A DNA stretch of 45,384 nucleotides from an uncultured Reichenbachiellaceae bacterium. Lineage in GTDB: Bacteria > Bacteroidota > Bacteroidia > Cytophagales > Cyclobacteriaceae. The stretch covers positions 1-45,384 of the forward strand of contig CAXBNB010000001.1 of assembly GCA_963976505.1 (NCBI GenBank). The letters run 5' to 3'. The notes beneath the pieces are model-generated. The model made no database searches. It saw only the letters and a program-made list of their open reading frames with translations, and had not been told where the DNA came from. The position numbers and the translations under genes are program-made. Below are positions 40,441 through 45,384 of this stretch, in pieces; the stretch's first letter is position 1; each line of letters begins with the position of its first letter.

Positions 40441-40737
40441 TTATACTAATTGACTAGAATATACTTCTTTGACAATGCCTTCGGGATTGAACTTTTCTTT
40501 CGCGTGGTATAAGTCATAACTTCGTTGCATTCCTAACCAGAGCTCTGGTGTCGTATCAAAGGCTTTAGACAATCTTATAGCGATCTCTGGACTTACAGAT
40601 GACCTACCATTAATTATTGCAGAAAGCATTAGCCTTGTAATATCCAAAGATTTTGCTAAATCCCCTACAGTTAGTTCCAATGGATCTAAAAAATCATATT
40701 TAAAAATTTCGCCTGGGTGAAAAGGTCTCATTTTCAT
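40441..40737 (-). CDS. higA: HigA-family antitoxin
   Basis: PFHPGEI, LSAIINGRSSVSPEIAIRLSKAFDTTPELWLGMQRSYDL. Confidence 0.93.
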   Translation of the reverse strand: MKMRPFHPGEIFKYDFLDPLELTVGDLAKSLDITRLMLSAIINGRSSVSPEIAIRLSKAFDTTPELWLGMQRSYDLYHAKEKFNPEGIVKEVYSSQLV

Positions 40738-40738
40738 A

Positions 40739-40780
40739 TTAGTGGTAATCTAAATAATCAACATCAAATACTTTTGACCT
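40739..40780 (-). pseudogene. higB: C-terminal relic of the HigB toxin
   Basis: Reads ...SKVFDVDYLDYH* and ends 1 bp before the higA ATG; DYxDYH is the usual end of HigB killer proteins. Confidence 0.7.
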
Positions 40781-41411
40781 ACAAATTAAATCCAATAGAT
40801 CGAGTTTGTTTTAAATCCTTTATATGATCCTCTAACTTGGGCAAGTGATTTAGAAATGAAGGCCGTTGTACCAGATAACCTTCATCTTGCCGAAGGCCTA
40901 AACAAGTTTTATTCCTGAATCCAGGAAAGCTCTCAATTAGAATAAGCTTATCATATCTTGCAAAGGAATCATCAAGCATTAACAAACCATTTTTATACCT
41001 TCTCTCTATTTCATCGCCGGGGACATAATGACCTTTGTTTTTAACCCTGAATTGAACTCGTTTTTTTGAAAGGTTATCTGATTCCAAACCAATGAAAATT
41101 AGATATTTTTCAAAACCATTTTGATCTGCCTGATCAAGGTATTTTAAGATATCTGCGGTATGGTAATTCGTTTCAAAGCAATAATTTGATTTTGTTGAAA
41201 ATGCCTTGTCAATTTCGGTCTCAAATTTTTCTGATACGTACTCCTTGCAGCCACGTTGAACAGCAGGATCATATGAAAAATGTTCCCACCGTTGGTAATA
41301 TTCTTTATCAAAATCGAATGCAGAAATATTATATTTTGCAACGATATCGTTGCTTAGAGTTGATTTCCCAGCACCGTTTGGTCCTGCTATTATGATAAGT
41401 TTAGGTTTGAT
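40779..41411 (-). CDS. Second zeta-toxin-like P-loop ATPase (210 codons) with no ATG start (ATC at 41411-41409)
   Basis: The frame is open well upstream of the ORF-track start: KPKLIIIAGPNGAGKSTL...FDFD...YCFETNY...RVQFRVKNKGHYVP. Confidence 0.8.
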   Translation of the reverse strand: MKPKLIIIAGPNGAGKSTLSNDIVAKYNISAFDFDKEYYQRWEHFSYDPAVQRGCKEYVSEKFETEIDKAFSTKSNYCFETNYHTADILKYLDQADQNGFEKYLIFIGLESDNLSKKRVQFRVKNKGHYVPGDEIERRYKNGLLMLDDSFARYDKLILIESFPGFRNKTCLGLRQDEGYLVQRPSFLNHLPKLEDHIKDLKQTRSIGFNL

Positions 41412-41563
41412 TAGAAACTAAATTCTGTCCTTTTCTTATTAGTTGAAGCCAAAGGCTTGGCAAGCGAATTAACTTTGTGTTTCTTCTTTTCAAGAGCCAG
41501 ACGTTTATTCATTATATCATCGAGTTGTTGCATCTCTTCTAATACTTCCTGACTCTTTTTCAT
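41411..41563 (-). CDS. 50-aa protein upstream of the second ATPase (candidate antitoxin)
   Basis: MKKSQEVLEEMQQLDDIMNKRLALEKKKHKVNSLAKPLASTNKKRTEFSF; a TATATTTG box lies 4 nt upstream of the ATG; its stop overlaps the ATPase start position. Confidence 0.6.
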   Translation of the reverse strand: MKKSQEVLEEMQQLDDIMNKRLALEKKKHKVNSLAKPLASTNKKRTEFSF

Positions 41564-42108
41564 AATACAAATATACTAAATTTCTTGCTTTCCTCAGTTT
41601 CGTACTGTTAGATATATCGATGAAAATGTGCCCAATGTGGCAATACACATCAACGAGCAAACTTTATAAACAAGGTTACATCGACAAAGTAGATATTTCT
41701 GGACATAAAACTTTGAATACACCCTTTCCAAATTAGACCTGAAATATTCTATTTCTTCAGCAAAGATCTGGAATTTATTTGCACTAGGATCGTTAAGCTA
41801 ATAGTCCATTGGATTTCATTTATGGTTACTGTTCGAAGGATAAAATCATTTTTTTTGAATGAATTGCCGTTTATTTCATTTAAGTTTCTAGGCCATCGGT
41901 GGGGATAAAATCACCTTTTTTCATCCCAATACAACTAAACTTTCTGATGACCTGATGCAGTCCTACCTGCTAATTCCCATTTCCATGTCGAGGTTCTTTA
42001 CATAAGTGCAGATACCCTGTGAGTAACCTTTAAGGCAAACCAAGGTACTTTTATCTTGTGGTTTACCGAGTTTTGGGGATATTTTTTTATTATCGGTAAC
42101 TTAACGAT

Positions 42109-42405
42109 ATGGAAATCTTCTTTACCCAACAAGTGGCCGAAGAGCTGGCAGGGGCCGTCAAAGATGAAATCCAAGCCACTTATGGCTGTGTGGTGACCGA
42201 AATTTGCCCCCATGTGCCCGAACACGGGACTGGCGGGTATGTTATCACCATCGAGCCAGGAGCAGCCCCCTTGCAGCACCTTGAATTTTACCAGGGCCTT
42301 GACTATGTCGATTTTGACAAAAAACAAGTCAAGGGGTTCGTTGCGGCCTCAAAACTGAAAGTACTAAAAGAATGGTATTTAAGAAAAATAGATGGAGGGC
42401 ATTAA
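42109..42405 (+). CDS. Hypothetical protein
   Basis: 98-aa ORF preceded by hairpins (AGTAACCTT/AAGGTACT, TTACCGA/TCGGTAA). Confidence 0.65.
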   Translation: MEIFFTQQVAEELAGAVKDEIQATYGCVVTEICPHVPEHGTGGYVITIEPGAAPLQHLEFYQGLDYVDFDKKQVKGFVAASKLKVLKEWYLRKIDGGH

Positions 42406-42959
42406 CCAACAACCGTGCGGACTTCTTTATTTTGAAGGGGTGAGGCATCCTAATGTTTACAAATGAATTACCAAAGGTTTAAGGCTGTTAAAATCCTTTC
42501 ATGACCGTGTTTACACGCTACTTTACTTGTTTGATATCCACTATAGAAACAAGCTGCACCGAATATGAGAGTTGCGAACAGCCACACCCAAAACCTCCCA
42601 TTAAAGAGATGTAAATCGTTAAAAATTGTGAGAGTAGGGTGCCCCTTGAATTAGTGCTATAAATAGAACAAAATCGGAATTGGTTTTTTCTTATATCAAA
42701 ATATAGTCTGGATCTAAAAATATTATTTGGAATTCCATGATTTGATGTCATCAAAAAAATTGACTTGGCCATCTGAATCTTTATGGGAGGATATGGCCGA
42801 TCCGTGAAGGTGATTTAAGGCCAATTCTTTTGATAAAAATTTAAGATTTTCTTCAGAATAAAGTTTCAGATTATTTGAAGTGATACATTTCATATTAGTC
42901 GCATGTAATAATTTTCAGATTGAAATACCAATAAAAATATGACAAAAGACATTGGATTG

Positions 42960-44316
42960 CAATAGCGTCCTAAACGATTAAAAAAGGAGGTGTGTATTAA
43001 GTATCTCAAGCTTTCCTGTCAGCAGACAGGATTAGATTTGAGTTGTACAACAAAAAAACAGCACCTCCCATGTCAAATCTAAACTTATTCTCTCAAATCA
43101 TTTCTAAGATTGACCGTTCTGCATTCAACAAATTAGTAGAAGAAAAACAGACGGATAAACATCAGAAAGGATTCAATAGCTGGACACATCTAGTATCCAT
43201 GCTTTTTTGTCATTTTGCAAAAAGCACTTCAGTTCGTGATATCTCAAACGGTCTACGATCTGCCACTGGCAATCTAAATCACCTGGGAGTAAGACGGGCT
43301 CCATCTAAATCTAGCATTAGCTATCAGAATGTGCGCAGGGAAGCTGACCTGTTTAGGGAATTGTATTACTCTTTGCTAAATCGTTTAGGACAGCAGACCA
43401 AACAGAAGCGCGTGAAGCTCAAGATCAAAGTACCCGTCTATCTCCTAGATGCTACGGTAATAAGCCTGTGCCTTTCGGTGTTTGACTGGGCTACTTTTAG
43501 GAGTAGCAAAGGAGCAGTCAAAATGCATACTTTGCTTGATTATGACGGGAAAATGCCTATTTATGTCAATATCACAGAGGGAAGTGTGGGAGATAACAAA
43601 GGAGCTTATCAAATCCCTTTGCAGAAAGGAACTGTAATAGTGGCCGATCGATACTACAATGACTTTCCCATGCTCAACGTTTGGGACAGCAAAGGGGTAA
43701 ACTTCGTCATTCGTCACAAAAACAACCTTGCCTTCAGCAGAATAGAAGAGCGAGAACTCCCTCAAAATACTGCCCAACACATCCTCATAGATGAAATCAT
43801 TGAACTCTCAAACCCTACCTCAAAAAAGAAGTACCCTAAAAGACTCAGAAGAGTGGCTGTGTGGGACGAGGAAAACAATCAAACCATTGAACTCATTACC
43901 AACAACCTTAAATGGGCCGCTCAGACAATAGGTGATCTATACAAGTCCAGATGGGAGATAGAAGTGTTTTTTCGTGACATCAAATCCCTACTTCATATCA
44001 AAACGTTCATTGGAACTTCTAAAAATGCGGTAATGATTCAGATATGGACAGCTTTGATTACTATCCTAATGCTCAAAGCCATGAAAAATCAAGCCAAATA
44101 CAACTGGCATCTATCAAATCTTGTCGCATTCATCAGGCTGAATATATTCGTAAAAATCAATTTGCAAAAATGGCTCGATCAACCCTTCGAAGAACCACCA
44201 AATAATACCATAAATCAAACACAGGGGGTTCTATTTGCAGACTATACCTGAAATAAGCCAGCATTCAACATAAACCCAACTAACTTCAATCCAAAATTTT
44301 ATTTAGGACAGCATTG
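42960..44316 (+). mobile_element. IS4-family insertion sequence, 1357 bp, with 9-bp target-site duplication ATTGGATTG
   Basis: Terminal inverted repeats CAATAGCGTCCTAAA / TTTAGGACAGCATTG; direct repeats at 42951-42959 and 44317-44325. Confidence 0.92.
43070..44251 (+). CDS. IS4-family DDE transposase (DUF4372-type N-terminus)
   Basis: LLDATVI, VADRYY and YKSRWEIEVFFRDIK (YREK motif); likely start is ATG 43070. Confidence 0.95.
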   Translation: MSNLNLFSQIISKIDRSAFNKLVEEKQTDKHQKGFNSWTHLVSMLFCHFAKSTSVRDISNGLRSATGNLNHLGVRRAPSKSSISYQNVRREADLFRELYYSLLNRLGQQTKQKRVKLKIKVPVYLLDATVISLCLSVFDWATFRSSKGAVKMHTLLDYDGKMPIYVNITEGSVGDNKGAYQIPLQKGTVIVADRYYNDFPMLNVWDSKGVNFVIRHKNNLAFSRIEERELPQNTAQHILIDEIIELSNPTSKKKYPKRLRRVAVWDEENNQTIELITNNLKWAAQTIGDLYKSRWEIEVFFRDIKSLLHIKTFIGTSKNAVMIQIWTALITILMLKAMKNQAKYNWHLSNLVAFIRLNIFVKINLQKWLDQPFEEPPNNTINQTQGVLFADYT

Positions 44317-44569
44317 ATTGGATTGCAACTATTTGAGATGACTGGAGGATGAAATTGCACTTCACACAATAACATCCTTGCTCATATTTCTCTTTGCCAA
44401 TCTTCAAGGATTGAATTAGAAGAAAAATATTCAAGTCTAAAAGTTAATTGTTATTATTAGAACGATTCTGCCGCACACAACTTAACTGATCTCGAAAAGC
44501 ATTATATGATTGATGACATGCATATCTTGAGTTGGAAAAAGTAAGTGCTAAAGAAAAAAAACAATCTAT

Positions 44570-44869
44570 ATGTTCAAATGGTCAGCTACTGGAATCGAAA
44601 TCACATATTCTGTTGATAAAGAAAGACAAGTAGTATACCTACAAGGGAACTACAGAAACCTGTTCTCATTCAGAGGAATCATTTATAAGAATGAGACTCC
44701 CTGCCTCAGAATCAATGAATCCTTTGGCACGACATTAATTTCAATTACCGTATGCGTGAACTTCGATAGTCTTCAGATTGAGGCTGAGGGGGAAATCAGT
44801 GAAAACAAAAAAAACATAACTCTCAGTAAACAGAATCGAGCAATAGGCGATCATGAAGGAGGTTCTTAA
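44570..44869 (+). CDS. Hypothetical protein
   Basis: 99-aa ORF with an A-rich leader; no recognisable motif. Confidence 0.45.
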   Translation: MFKWSATGIEITYSVDKERQVVYLQGNYRNLFSFRGIIYKNETPCLRINESFGTTLISITVCVNFDSLQIEAEGEISENKKNITLSKQNRAIGDHEGGS

Positions 44870-45112
44870 GATGGAGGTAAAAAGTAATCAACCAGAGCAT
44901 CAATTCAATCAATGCTTCTAACATAAATTCCCAATCCATGGTCAAAGTGAATCTTCCTAAAATTAGAGTTTTGAGAAAACACTACTTCTTCACAAGCATC
45001 ATCATATGACCGTTTAACTATACAACTTAAAATTTCGTTATAGTATCTATAACCAATCTCATAAACTCGTCTCACAAAAGAGTTTTATCATTCAACGTTT
45101 AAATAAACGAAT

Positions 45113-45384
45113 ATGAAGATTGGATATGCAAGAGTCTCGACCCAAGATCAAAAATTAGAATTGCAAATAACCGAGCTTGAAAAATGCGGTTGTGAATTAA
45201 TTTTTCAAGAAAAGAAAAGTGCGGTTAAGGAGAGGCCCGAATTAGAAAAGCTGCTAACACAACTGAGAAAGGGAGATTCAGTTGTAGTATGGAAACTTGA
45301 CCGCCTTGGAAGATCCCTCAGACACTTGATTGACTTAGTCGCTTTGTTCAAAGAAAAAGGAGTAGATTTTGTCAGCCTCAATGA
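45113..45384 (+). CDS. Serine recombinase/resolvase, cut off by the window end
   Basis: MKIGYARVSTQDQ...ERPELEKLL...GDSVVVWKLDRLGRSL. Confidence 0.93.
   Translation, partial: MKIGYARVSTQDQKLELQITELEKCGCELIFQEKKSAVKERPELEKLLTQLRKGDSVVVWKLDRLGRSLRHLIDLVALFKEKGVDFVSLN

Noticed and set aside
41144-41395. ORFs 41144-41341 (-) and 41186-41395 (+), and a suspected frameshift in the ATPase
   Set aside because: Hand translation shows the ATPase frame is continuous from 41411 to 40779; these ORFs are off-frame shadows.
42420-42950. Gene disrupted by the IS4 element, including ORF 42518-42772
   Set aside because: Only short fragments in several frames; rejoining the IS flanks did not restore a long ORF.
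1-45384. Integrase/att sites, tRNA, rRNA, reverse transcriptase or DGR
   Set aside because: No such motifs were recognised; Rep, iterons and ParA favour a plasmid over an ICE within this window.

Overview
A segment of a conjugative plasmid (or plasmid-like element) from a Bacteroidota host; the lineage is inferred from the Bacteroides-type tra/mob genes and TAnnTTTG promoter boxes. From left to right: a giant Ig-like repeat surface protein broken by a frameshift in a G7 tract, an outer-membrane beta-barrel, a short Rep-like paralog and a Rep_3 initiator. Next come a hierarchically organised array of at least 16 iteron-like repeats with an AT-rich unwinding region, an ssb gene with an in-frame stop, a candidate oriT with a BfmA-type mobilisation gene, and parA with its partner. 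A compact type IV conjugation cluster follows (traE,F,G,I,J[split],K,M,N-like, DUF5712 relaxase, coupling protein), then a UPF0175/PIN toxin-antitoxin pair. The long accessory region holds a PRTRC ubiquitin-like cassette, a DarB-like methyltransferase-helicase, two small-protein/zeta-toxin-like ATPase pairs, an operon ending in a PAPS-reductase-family gene, an orphan higA with a higB relic, an IS4 element with a 9-bp target duplication, and the start of a serine resolvase. The most striking unannotated signals are (i) a set of long, sequence-divergent nested hairpins, most sitting just upstream of a + strand accessory cassette (candidate ssDNA-promoter-driven early/anti-defence programme), and (ii) the two-level iteron array. 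All family calls come from recognising motifs by eye; no searches were run.
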